From NCBI GenBank assembly GCA_039591075.1, contig JBDHEI010000004.1:29537-93536 (forward strand): 64,000 nt of DNA. Reading direction: 5' to 3'. Numbering within the stretch: position 1 is the first letter of the stretch; each line of letters starts with the position of its first letter. Below, in pieces: positions 54,565 through 63,528 of this stretch. Source of the stretch: Gemmatimonadota bacterium (lineage in GTDB: Bacteria; Gemmatimonadota; Gemmatimonadetes; Gemmatimonadales; GWC2-71-9). Both the position numbers and the translations under genes were made by a program. The notes under the pieces are model-generated. The model saw nothing but the letters and a program-made list of their open reading frames with translations. It searched no databases and was not told where the DNA came from.

Positions 54565-56367
54565 TCAGTCCTCGGCCGGTGCCAGACTCACGAGGATCTG
54601 CCCCGGCTTGGGCGCGGCAGGCGAGCGGGCAGTGAGGACCACGACGTCGCCGGATTCCTTGATGACGAACATGGGGATGGCGTCGTTGCCGTTGCGCGCG
54701 AGGAATGCCGCGAAATCGAATTCCGGCGTCAGATGCGTTCGCTTGACGACCGCCCCCGACTCGAAACGCCGTGTGATCTCGCCGTGCGTCGCGTCGGGCC
54801 CGAAGAGGAATCGGCCTCGGAGGTGCTCGGGGATACCGCGTTGGCGGCGCTCCCGCGCGGTGGCATCGGGCGGGAGCTGATACATCTGCGACCGATCGAA
54901 CAGATCCTCGAAGTGAAGCGTGGCGAGAGCATTGACCTCGTCGTTGGGCGTGACGGCCAGGAACCGGCCCACGCCGTCCAGCTTGCGCTCGATCTCCTCG
55001 AGCCCCCCCTCCGTGAGCACGTTGCTGTAGAGGGCTTCGAGCCCCTCGCGACGGGCGGCCGTGACGTTGGCCCAATTGGAGTCGGCAAGTACCACCTGCG
55101 CTCCCTTTTCTCGCAGGACAGCCGCCACCTCCCGAACCCAGGGAGCGGCACCGATCATGAGCAGTCCCTGCGGGTTGGGTGTGGCAATGCCGAGGGAGCG
55201 CGCGATCAGGGGAGCGGCAATTCCATAGAAGCCCACCGTGCCGACGATGACGAGAAACGTGAGCGGCACGAGTCGTTCGGCCTGGGCGTAGCCGGCCTCG
55301 GTGAGCTGGAGGGCAAAGACCGATGCAACGGCTGCGGCGACGATGCCTCGCGGCGCCATCACGCCAAGAAACACGCGCTCGCGCCACGTGAGGCTCGATC
55401 GCCAGGTTGCGACAGCCACGGCCGCCGGACGCACGACCACGATCAGGGCGGCGAGAAACAGAAGGCTCCCCGCGCTCCAGTAGTCGGGGTTTTCGAGCGG
55501 TAGTCGGGCCGCGAGAATAATGAAGAGCGAGGCGATCAGCAGTACGCGCAAGTTCTCCTTGAATTCCACGATATGGCGCACGCTCACGAATCGCTGACTT
55601 GCCAGGGCGGCTCCCATGACGGTGACTGCCAGCAGGCCCGACTCGTCCTGAATCGTGTTGTCGACGGCAAACACGAGAATCACCAGCGCCAGCACGAGCG
55701 GGTTCTGGAGATAGTCAGGTGCCCAGTGGCGCCGGAGCACGACAACGACGATGGCGGCACCGATCAGTCCAGAGACAACGCCGATCACGCTCGCTTTCAG
55801 CATCCCACTCACGGCAGCGCCAATACCCGCCCCGAAACCGCCGGCTACGAGCGCCTCGAACACGAGGACCCCGAGGATTGCGCCAATCGGATCATTGACG
55901 ATCCCCTCCCACTTGATGGTGGATCCGATCCGAGGGTTGGGTCGGATGGTGCGCAACAGGGGGATGATCACGGTCGGTCCCGTGACGACCAGCACGCCTC
56001 CCAGCAGCAACGCCAGGCCAAGGTCGAGGTCGAGCAGCAGGAGGCCGAACAGGGTGGCGAGGGTCCAGGTGACCACGACGCCGAGCGAGACGAGGTTTCG
56101 GACCTCGCCACCGATCTCGCGGAGCTCGGCGATGTCGAGGCTCAACCCGCCCTCGAACAGGATGATCGCGACCGCGAGCGAGACGACGGGAAAGACGAGG
56201 TCGGCGAAGATGGCGTCTGGATCGAGGAACCCGGTTACTGGGCCTGCCACGAAGCCGACCACGAGCAGCAACAAGATTGCGGGAAGCCGGAGCCGCCACG
56301 ACAACCAGTGGGCAGCGGTCCCCAGGACCACGATGGCGGCGAGGCCGAGAAAGACGTCCACGCTCAC
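54565..56367 (-). CDS. Cation:proton antiporter (CPA1/Na+-H+ exchanger family) with C-terminal RCK/TrkA-N domain
   Basis: About 12 TM helices with LFEGGLSLD and VTGPTVIIPLL motifs, then a Rossmann-like LLMIGAAPWVREVAAVLREKGAQVVLADS. A GTG at 56367 (or 56361) is chosen because the upstream ORF part overlaps the thioesterase gene. Confidence 0.82.
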   Translation of the reverse strand: MSVDVFLGLAAIVVLGTAAHWLSWRLRLPAILLLLVVGFVAGPVTGFLDPDAIFADLVFPVVSLAVAIILFEGGLSLDIAELREIGGEVRNLVSLGVVVTWTLATLFGLLLLDLDLGLALLLGGVLVVTGPTVIIPLLRTIRPNPRIGSTIKWEGIVNDPIGAILGVLVFEALVAGGFGAGIGAAVSGMLKASVIGVVSGLIGAAIVVVVLRRHWAPDYLQNPLVLALVILVFAVDNTIQDESGLLAVTVMGAALASQRFVSVRHIVEFKENLRVLLIASLFIILAARLPLENPDYWSAGSLLFLAALIVVVRPAAVAVATWRSSLTWRERVFLGVMAPRGIVAAAVASVFALQLTEAGYAQAERLVPLTFLVIVGTVGFYGIAAPLIARSLGIATPNPQGLLMIGAAPWVREVAAVLREKGAQVVLADSNWANVTAARREGLEALYSNVLTEGGLEEIERKLDGVGRFLAVTPNDEVNALATLHFEDLFDRSQMYQLPPDATARERRQRGIPEHLRGRFLFGPDATHGEITRRFESGAVVKRTHLTPEFDFAAFLARNGNDAIPMFVIKESGDVVVLTARSPAAPKPGQILVSLAPAED

Positions 56368-56476
56368 CTCGTCCGGTCTTGGGTGGGTGACGGCCGGCGG
56401 TGGATGCCATGGGCCACGAGCATGACCGATGCGCGCAGGTGCGTCACTGCGAGGAATCCCGATATCGGATCCATTG

Positions 56477-56971
56477 TCAGAATGCGGGACCGGCGCCCAC
56501 ATCACCTCCTGCCACCGCGACGATCCCATCGCACCGAGCGCAAGGCCTGCCATCCTGGTCCCGCAGTTCGGCCGTACAGAAGACGAGGGTCTTGCCGACG
56601 CGTATCGGTCGACCCAGCACCTCGAACCGGTCCCCGAGGACCGGGCGAAGGAACTGAATGCCGAGTTGCGCAACGCCTGCCCGGCGCCCGGCGGTCTGGA
56701 GGTAACCCGCGAGGCCGATCACGAGGTCGAACACCCCCGCAATGACGGCGCCGTTCACGGCTTCGGTGCCCAACCCGCCGCGATGCTCCGGCCTGATCGG
56801 GTCCACCACGGCGCGCACCGTTCCCGGATCGTTCAGGTCGAGGCGGGCTCCCATATGGCGCATGCCCGGGTGGTCGTTCCACTGCGATGCGAATGTCGCG
56901 AGCTGGTCGGGATCGAGCTTGGGGAGGATGGGGGGTGTCTGATCACGTGTGGGCAAGTGAGCTCCCTCCAT
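56477..56971 (-). CDS. PaaI/hotdog-fold thioesterase
   Basis: Motifs HPGMRHMGARL, AVNGAVIAGVFDLVIGLAG and a C-terminal core strand VFCTAELRDQDGRPCARCDGIV. The start is ambiguous: ATG at 56971 or GTG at 56989. Confidence 0.72.
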   Translation of the reverse strand: MEGAHLPTRDQTPPILPKLDPDQLATFASQWNDHPGMRHMGARLDLNDPGTVRAVVDPIRPEHRGGLGTEAVNGAVIAGVFDLVIGLAGYLQTAGRRAGVAQLGIQFLRPVLGDRFEVLGRPIRVGKTLVFCTAELRDQDGRPCARCDGIVAVAGGDVGAGPAF

Positions 56972-57752
56972 CGACGACGACAATGGCACCGGTGATCCAG
57001 GCGCCGGCGGGGCTGGCGAGGTAGACGATCAGGTTCCCGATGTCGTCGGGCGTTCCCCATCGACCAAGCGGAATACGTCGTCGCATCTCCTCGTCGATTG
57101 CATCGGTGTCAGTGTCACCGCCAGCGAACGCCTGCGTGGCGCCGTGCGTGGGCACCGGGCCGGGCGCGACCGCGTTCACGGTGATGCCGTCGCGCGCCCA
57201 CTCGAGTGCCAGAGTCTTGGTGAGCGCGTCGACCCCGGCCTTGGCTGCGGTCGCGTGGGCCATCTGCGGCCACCCGCGGTAGTGTAACGTCATGGAGATT
57301 GAGATGATCCGTCCACCGCCCTGGCCGACCATCACAGGGTGAACCGCCTGGGAACAGAAGAAGGTTCCGTAGAGGTCGGTTTCGACGACCGCTCGCCAGC
57401 CGTTCGGGGACAACTCGGCGGACGGCGCGTAGAAGTTCCCGGCGGCGTTGTTCACCAGCACATCGATCCGTCCCAATTCGTCTACGATCCGCTGCATAGC
57501 CCCGCGCACGGAATCCGGTTCCCGAACGTTCATGGTCACGGGAACAATGCGCGTACCGTGCACCCGGAGCTCGGTCGCTGCCGCCTCGAGGTGCTCGGTC
57601 TTGCGACTGGCGATGGCCACGTCGGCACCGCTCTTGGCAAGACAGGTGGCGATTCCCCGGCCGATGCCGGTCCCGCCACCCGTCACGACGGCAACGCGAT
57701 TGGATAGGAGGCCCGCTCGGAAGACGGGATCCTCTAGGGGTTTCGTGGTCAC
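56943..57752 (-). CDS. SDR-family oxidoreductase (2,4-dienoyl-CoA reductase-like)
   Basis: Motifs VAVVTGGGTGIGRGIA and NNAAGNF; catalytic region SISMTLHYRGWPQMAHATAAKAG. The GTG at 57752 is preceded by SD AGGAG at 8 nt; the ORF track start at 57797 is also a GTG. Confidence 0.85.
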   Translation of the reverse strand: MTTKPLEDPVFRAGLLSNRVAVVTGGGTGIGRGIATCLAKSGADVAIASRKTEHLEAAATELRVHGTRIVPVTMNVREPDSVRGAMQRIVDELGRIDVLVNNAAGNFYAPSAELSPNGWRAVVETDLYGTFFCSQAVHPVMVGQGGGRIISISMTLHYRGWPQMAHATAAKAGVDALTKTLALEWARDGITVNAVAPGPVPTHGATQAFAGGDTDTDAIDEEMRRRIPLGRWGTPDDIGNLIVYLASPAGAWITGAIVVVDGGSSLAHT

Positions 57753-58006
57753 GATTCGTGCTCCTGTGATCTCAAATCGTTCGCGCGCGCGCGGCACGCG
57801 AGGTGGGCGTTCCCCTCCCGGATCCTAAGATACACGACCGTCGCGACGACGAGGGCCGGAGAAGATCCAGTCGGCCCTCTCGCGACGCTCCCCCTCGGCA
57901 TAGCTTTTCTTCGTGACGAGCAGGTGACGCGGTTTGGCGCGAGGCCGGTTTCGGTCTCCGCGGCCACCCGTTTCTAACACCCCAGGGTACGACTGACGAG
58001 GAAGCC

Positions 58007-59371
58007 ATGGCCATCGAGACCGTCAATCCCTCTACTGGCGAGCTTCTCGCGATGTACGAAGAGACCTCACCGGGCGAGGTAAGGGCATTGTTGGACGCGG
58101 TTGATCGAGCGTTCGCTGCGTGGAGCCAGACCGCGATCGAGCAACGGGGACGGCTTCTGCACCGAACCGCGGATGTGCTCCGAGCGCGCGGCGAGCACTA
58201 CTCGGCGCTCATGGCGAGGGAAATGGGGAAGCCGCTTGCTCAGGGGAAAGCGGAGGTTGAGAAATGCGCCTGGGTATGTGAGTACTACGCGAAACACGGT
58301 GCCGACTTCTTGGCCGACCAGCCGGTCGCGACCGACGCGACGCGCAGCTACGTGTCCTTCCAGCCGCTCGGTACCGTTTTCGCCGTGATGCCCTGGAATT
58401 TCCCGTTCTGGCAGGTATTTCGATTCGCGGCACCGGCGCTCATGGCTGGGAATACCGGTGTGCTCAAGCACGCGTCCAACGTGACGGGCTGTGCGCTCGC
58501 GATCGAGGAGGTCTTTCGCGAAGCGGGGCTGCCGGCGGACGTCTTCCGCACGCTCGTGATCGGGGCCGGGCGCGTAAGGAGTGTTATCGAGGCGCCTCAG
58601 ATCAAGGCCGTAACGCTCACTGGTAGCGGTCCCGCCGGTCGAGCCGTCGCGGCCGCCGCAGGCGCGGCTCTGAAGAAGACCGTACTGGAACTCGGAGGGA
58701 GCGATCCGTACGTGGTGTTGGAGGATGCGAGCCTGGACGAGACCGTCGACACCTGCGTCACCTCCCGGCTCATCAACAGCGGACAGAGCTGCATCGCGGC
58801 CAAGCGGTTCATCGTCGTGGCCAGCGTCAAGGAGGCTTTCGAGCGGCGCTTTGTGGAAGTGATGCGCGCCAAGACCATGGGAGATCCGTTTGGTGCCGTC
58901 GATGTGGGCCCCCTGGCACGCCGGGACCTGCGCAACGAGCTGCACCAGCAGGTGGTGGGATCGGTCGAGCGGGGGGCCCGGCTGCTCCTCGGCGGTACGG
59001 TACCCGACGGGCCGGGGGCCTTCTATCCGCCGACGGTCCTGGCGGATGTGCGACCCGGGACGCCGGCCTATGACGACGAGTTGTTCGGGCCGGTGGCGGC
59101 CGTCATCGAGGCACGCGATGAGACTGATGCCGTGCGCATTGCCAACGACTCGCCCTTTGGCCTTGGTGCTGCGGTCTTCACGTCGGACGCCGAGCGGGGA
59201 GAACGCATCGCCAGAGATCGACTGCACGCCGGCGCGTGCTTCGTCAACGCGTTCGTCAAATCCGACCCGCGGCTGCCGTTCGGCGGCATCAAGGACTCAG
59301 GCTATGGCAGAGAGCTCGCGGCTTTTGGGATTCGGGAGTTCGTGAACATCAAGGCGGTCTACGTGAAGTAG
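58007..59371 (+). CDS. NAD(P)-dependent aldehyde dehydrogenase, succinate-semialdehyde dehydrogenase-like
   Basis: Motifs PWNFPFWQ, LELGGSDP and the catalytic Cys context NSGQSCIAAKR; C-terminal FGGIKDSGYGRE. 454 aa. Confidence 0.9.
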   Translation: MAIETVNPSTGELLAMYEETSPGEVRALLDAVDRAFAAWSQTAIEQRGRLLHRTADVLRARGEHYSALMAREMGKPLAQGKAEVEKCAWVCEYYAKHGADFLADQPVATDATRSYVSFQPLGTVFAVMPWNFPFWQVFRFAAPALMAGNTGVLKHASNVTGCALAIEEVFREAGLPADVFRTLVIGAGRVRSVIEAPQIKAVTLTGSGPAGRAVAAAAGAALKKTVLELGGSDPYVVLEDASLDETVDTCVTSRLINSGQSCIAAKRFIVVASVKEAFERRFVEVMRAKTMGDPFGAVDVGPLARRDLRNELHQQVVGSVERGARLLLGGTVPDGPGAFYPPTVLADVRPGTPAYDDELFGPVAAVIEARDETDAVRIANDSPFGLGAAVFTSDAERGERIARDRLHAGACFVNAFVKSDPRLPFGGIKDSGYGRELAAFGIREFVNIKAVYVK

Positions 59372-59375
59372 GCCG

Positions 59376-60089
59376 TCAGGGGTTGGTCGGGCGGACGTCC
59401 AATTCTGAAACCAGGGCCCGATCGGGAAGGTCGAGGGCGGCAATCACAGTAGTGGCGACGTCCTCGGGCTGGAGTTTGCGATCGGGATGCTCCAGTCCCA
59501 TATCGGCCTTCTCGAAGAAGGGCGTTACCACCGATCCGGGGCAAATCGCGGTCACCCGAACGCCCTGACGCCGCACCTCGGCAAACAACGACTTGGAGAA
59601 CCCCAGCACGGCGTGTTTGGCGGCCGAGTAGGCCGCGGCGTTGGGTACGGGGTTGCGGCCCGCGAGACTGGCGATGTTCACGACGTGGCCTCGACCCCGC
59701 GCGAGCATATCGGGTAGGAACGCCCGCGTCATGAGAAACGTCCCGCGGACGTTGACGGCGAATGTCTCGTCGAAGGCCGCCGTGCTCATTTCGACGACCG
59801 GTCCGCCGTGGCCGAGGCCGGCGTTGTTGACGAGGACATCGACCGGACCGAGACTGTCCCGGACGAAAGCCGCGAACCGCGTGACGTCCGCTTCGTCGGC
59901 CACGTCACACGCTTGCCCCACCACCGTGAACCCCGCCTTCGTGAGCTGCTGCACGACCGCCGTCACTTTGGCTCCCGTGCGGGCGCATACGGCCAGTCTG
60001 GCCCCACGGCTGGCCAGCCTGTCCGCGATGGCGCGTCCGATGCCCTCGGTGGCTCCGGTCACCACGCAGATTGCCTTGTCGAGATCCAT
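59376..60089 (-). CDS. SDR-family oxidoreductase
   Basis: Motifs VCVVTGATEGIGRAIA and NNAGLGH, with catalytic YSAAKHAV. 237 aa. Confidence 0.9.
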   Translation of the reverse strand: MDLDKAICVVTGATEGIGRAIADRLASRGARLAVCARTGAKVTAVVQQLTKAGFTVVGQACDVADEADVTRFAAFVRDSLGPVDVLVNNAGLGHGGPVVEMSTAAFDETFAVNVRGTFLMTRAFLPDMLARGRGHVVNIASLAGRNPVPNAAAYSAAKHAVLGFSKSLFAEVRRQGVRVTAICPGSVVTPFFEKADMGLEHPDRKLQPEDVATTVIAALDLPDRALVSELDVRPTNP

Positions 60090-60203
60090 GACCGTAAGCT
60101 AATTCCGCGGCGCAGTGGCGCCGAACGGGGGCCTATTCGACGGTCTTGCGGGGCCCGGATCTCCCGCGCATGTTCCGAGTCCCCCCGACCAGGAGGTGTG
60201 ACC

Positions 60204-62303
60204 GTGAAGGTCTACACAGGAGATAAGATCCGCAACGTCGCGGTGGTCGGCCACGGCGCGAGTGGGAAGACGAGTTTGGTCGATGCGCTTGCGTTCGTGG
60301 CCGGCTCCAGTACACGGCATGGCTCGGTCCCGCAGGGGACTGCCCTCACCGACTACACTCCCGACGAAATCGATCGACAGTACTCCATCAGCCTGGCACT
60401 CGCTCATGCTGAGTGGAATGGCGTCAAGATCAATCTGATCGACACCCCCGGCTATCTGGACTTCATTGGCGACGCGCTAGCCGGCATGTCGGCCGCCGAT
60501 GCCGCGCTGGTCGTGGTTAGTGCGACGTCGGGTGTCGAGGTCGGCACCGAGAAGGTATGGGAATACGCGAGCGAGCGTGGCCTGCCCCGACTGTTCTTCC
60601 TGTCGCTGCTGGACAAGGACAACGCCGATTTCGAGAAAGTGTATCGGGACATCAAGGACCATCTCACCCCCAAGGTGATCCCGATCGAGATACCCGTGGG
60701 CGAAGGGCCGGACTTTCACGGGATCATCAATCTGTTCTCCAGGAAGTGTCACCTCTATAAGAAGGGCACCAAGACCGGCGAGTATGACGAGGTTGATATT
60801 CCGCCCGAATATCAGGAGCGGTTCGACCAGTATTCGAAGGAGATGATCGAGACGATTGCCACGACCAGCGATGATCTTTTGGAGCGGTATCTAGGGGGCG
60901 AGGAGATCACGAGGGAGGAGGCAATCGACGCGATGAAGCAGGGCGTTGCCGCCGGAGAGATCTGTCCGCTGCTCTGCGGCTCCGCGACGCTGACGTACGG
61001 GATCAAGGCATTGTTGTCGAAGCTCGCCGAGCTGGTCCCCGCGCCGACAGAGCGTCCGCCGGTCGTTGCCGAGCGATGGGGAGCGGCCACGCCGGTGGAG
61101 CTCACACCGGCTGACGGGTCACCATTTGTGGCGCAGGTGTTCAAGACCGTGTCGGAGCCGCACGTCGGAGACGTCTCCTTTTTCCGAATCCACGCCGGGA
61201 GCGTGAAGAACGGCGCAGAGGTGTTCAACGCTCCCCGCAGCCTGTCGGAGAAGCTGAACCATCTGTCCATCGCGCAGGGGCGGGATCGGACAGAGGTCCC
61301 GATGCTCCACGTCGGTGACATCGGCGTCGTTGCGAAGCTCAAGGACACCCACACCAACGACACGCTCTCGACCGAGGCCTCGCAGGTGGTGTTGGCGAAG
61401 ATCCCCTTCCCCGAGCCGTTGACCGTGCTGTCGATCCAGGTCAAGCAGCGCGGGGAGGAGGACAAGCTTTCGACCGGGTTGCACAAACTCCACGAAGAAG
61501 ACCCGACCTTCCACCACCGTTACGACGCAGAGCTACGGCAAACGCTGATCGGCGGGCGCGGTGAGCGCCACCTTGAGATCATCGTTGGGCGTCTCGAGCG
61601 GAAGTTCGGTGTCCATGCCGAGCTTGGCCAGCCGCGTATTGCCTACCGCGAAACGTTCAAAGGGAAGGCCGAAGGTCAGGGGCGCCACAGGAAGCAAACA
61701 GGCGGTCGCGGTCAGTTCGGTGATTGCTGGATTCGGATCGCTCCCTTACCGCGCGGGTCGGGGTACGAGTTCGAAGACAAGATCAAGGGCGGTGTGATTC
61801 CGTCGAAGTACATTCCGGCCGTGGACAAAGGGATCCAAGAGGCAGCCGCGCGAGGCGTGACGGCCGGATTCCCGGTCGTGGACTTCAAGGTCCAGTGCTA
61901 CGACGGCTCCTATCACGACGTCGACAGCAACGAGCAGTCGTTCAAGATGGCCGGCATCATGGCGTTCCGACACGTGGCGTCCAGCGCCAAGCCGGTGCTG
62001 CTCGAGCCCATCCTCGAAGTCGAGGTGTGGACACCGGAAGACAACTTGGGGGAGGTCATGGGAGACCTGTCCTCCCGCCGTGGGCAGATCTTGGGTAGTG
62101 AGCGTGACGGTCGGTTGACGAAGGTGCGCGCGTACGTTCCTGAGGCGGAGCTGTATCGGTACGCCACCCAGCTGCACTCGATGACCCACGGGCGAGGCGG
62201 CTTCCATTGGTCACTGTCGAGTTATCAGGAAGTACCGCCTGACGTCGCGGAGAAGGTCCGCGAGCAGCGGAAGCAGCAACTCGAAGAAGACAACGGCCGG
62301 TAG
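60204..62303 (+). CDS. Elongation factor G paralogue (EF-G2-like translational GTPase)
   Basis: SD AGGAGG lies 7 nt before the GTG at 60204. G1 is VVGHGASGKTSL (not the canonical AHIDAGKTT), G3 is DTPGYLDF, and G4-like is SLLDKD. EF-G domains II-V follow (GDVSFFRIHAGSV, HEEDPTF, GQFG). It is not in a str-operon context. Confidence 0.85.
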   Translation: MKVYTGDKIRNVAVVGHGASGKTSLVDALAFVAGSSTRHGSVPQGTALTDYTPDEIDRQYSISLALAHAEWNGVKINLIDTPGYLDFIGDALAGMSAADAALVVVSATSGVEVGTEKVWEYASERGLPRLFFLSLLDKDNADFEKVYRDIKDHLTPKVIPIEIPVGEGPDFHGIINLFSRKCHLYKKGTKTGEYDEVDIPPEYQERFDQYSKEMIETIATTSDDLLERYLGGEEITREEAIDAMKQGVAAGEICPLLCGSATLTYGIKALLSKLAELVPAPTERPPVVAERWGAATPVELTPADGSPFVAQVFKTVSEPHVGDVSFFRIHAGSVKNGAEVFNAPRSLSEKLNHLSIAQGRDRTEVPMLHVGDIGVVAKLKDTHTNDTLSTEASQVVLAKIPFPEPLTVLSIQVKQRGEEDKLSTGLHKLHEEDPTFHHRYDAELRQTLIGGRGERHLEIIVGRLERKFGVHAELGQPRIAYRETFKGKAEGQGRHRKQTGGRGQFGDCWIRIAPLPRGSGYEFEDKIKGGVIPSKYIPAVDKGIQEAAARGVTAGFPVVDFKVQCYDGSYHDVDSNEQSFKMAGIMAFRHVASSAKPVLLEPILEVEVWTPEDNLGEVMGDLSSRRGQILGSERDGRLTKVRAYVPEAELYRYATQLHSMTHGRGGFHWSLSSYQEVPPDVAEKVREQRKQQLEEDNGR

Positions 62304-62307
62304 GGCA

Positions 62308-62343
62308 CGCACCTAGAGCGGCCAGCAGGCCGCTCTAGGTGCG
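62308..62343 (+). terminator. Perfect 16-bp hairpin terminator after EF-G, overlapping the convergent kamA stop codon
   Basis: cgcacctagagcggcc-agca-ggccgctctaggtgcg followed by tttcttcttt. The right arm and T-tract encode the KamA C-terminus GAKKKRT-stop on the other strand. Confidence 0.8.
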
Positions 62344-63528
62344 TTTCTTCTTTGCCCCCTTGCGATTGCCATTGCGGGAACGCTGCCGCGAACGTCCTGG
62401 CGACGGCTCGTCGCCAAACAGCGACATCAGCTCGTACTCCGGCTCGGCTGCGCCGACCGCGACCAACACCTCCGACCGGGCCTGCGGGTAGACGTAGCGC
62501 TGGCCGCGATAGTTCTTGAGCACGATCTCGTCGTCCGTGATCGACTCGACGTACTCCGGAAGCAGGGGGATCTTGCCGCCACCACCCGGGGCATCGATCA
62601 CGAAGTGGGGAACGGCGAGCCCACTCGTCCAGCCGCGGAGGCCCCTCAGAATCTCGAGGCCTTTTTCGACCGTGGCCTTGAAATGCTCCACACCGGCGAC
62701 GTTGTCGCACATGAAGATGTAGTACGGGCGCACGCGCGCGACGAGGAGCCGCTGCAGAAGCTCCTTCATGACGTCGACATCGTCGTTCACGCCGCTGAGG
62801 AGTACCGTCTGGCACCCTAGCGGAATTCCGGCGTCCGCCAGCATGCCCAGTCCCTTGACCGCAGCGGGCGTCAACTCGGCCGGGTGGTTGAAGTGCGTGT
62901 TGATGTACAACGGGTGGTGCTTCTTCAGCACTGCGCAGAGCTCCGGGGTGATCCGTTCCGGGAGATGGCATGGGATGCGGCTGCCGATCCGAATGACCTC
63001 GATGTGCTGGATCTTGCGCAGCCGGCCGAGGATCGCATCGAGTCGCCGATCCGACAACAGCAGAGGATCCCCACCCGAGAGGATCACGTCGCGGATCTCT
63101 TCATGCTCCTGAAGGTACCGGAAGCTCGATTCGAGCTGGGCCATGGAGATCTTCTCGGGGTCCCCCACCTTGCGGCGTCGGGTGCAGAACCGGCAGTACG
63201 ACGCGCACACCGGGCTCACGAGGAACAGCGCCCGATCCGGATACCGGTGCGTGATGTTGGGCACCGGGCTGTCGCCCTCCTCGTTGAGGCTGTCCAGTAC
63301 GCCATCCACGACTTCGAGTTCCTGCAGGTCGGGGACGTACTGCCGCCAGATCGGGTCATTGGGTTTCTGGATCAGGTCCACCATGGCGGGGGAGATCCGG
63401 AACTCGAAGTTGTCCACCGCCTGCTGAAGGCGCCCGAGGTCTGGGAAGTGCTCCGGCCCGAACCGTTCGACGAGCTGCTGGAGCGTGCGGACACCGCGGT
63501 CGTGGAGGAGCTTCTGCCATTCAGCCAT
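62335..63528 (-). CDS. kamA: Lysine 2,3-aminomutase (KamA-family radical SAM enzyme)
   Basis: Radical-SAM cluster CASYCRFCTRR. KamA-typical N-terminus (WQKLLHDRGVRTLQQL, FRISPAMVDLI) and SGGDPLLL. An unusual Lys/Arg-rich tail. Confidence 0.88.
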   Translation of the reverse strand: MAEWQKLLHDRGVRTLQQLVERFGPEHFPDLGRLQQAVDNFEFRISPAMVDLIQKPNDPIWRQYVPDLQELEVVDGVLDSLNEEGDSPVPNITHRYPDRALFLVSPVCASYCRFCTRRRKVGDPEKISMAQLESSFRYLQEHEEIRDVILSGGDPLLLSDRRLDAILGRLRKIQHIEVIRIGSRIPCHLPERITPELCAVLKKHHPLYINTHFNHPAELTPAAVKGLGMLADAGIPLGCQTVLLSGVNDDVDVMKELLQRLLVARVRPYYIFMCDNVAGVEHFKATVEKGLEILRGLRGWTSGLAVPHFVIDAPGGGGKIPLLPEYVESITDDEIVLKNYRGQRYVYPQARSEVLVAVGAAEPEYELMSLFGDEPSPGRSRQRSRNGNRKGAKKKRT

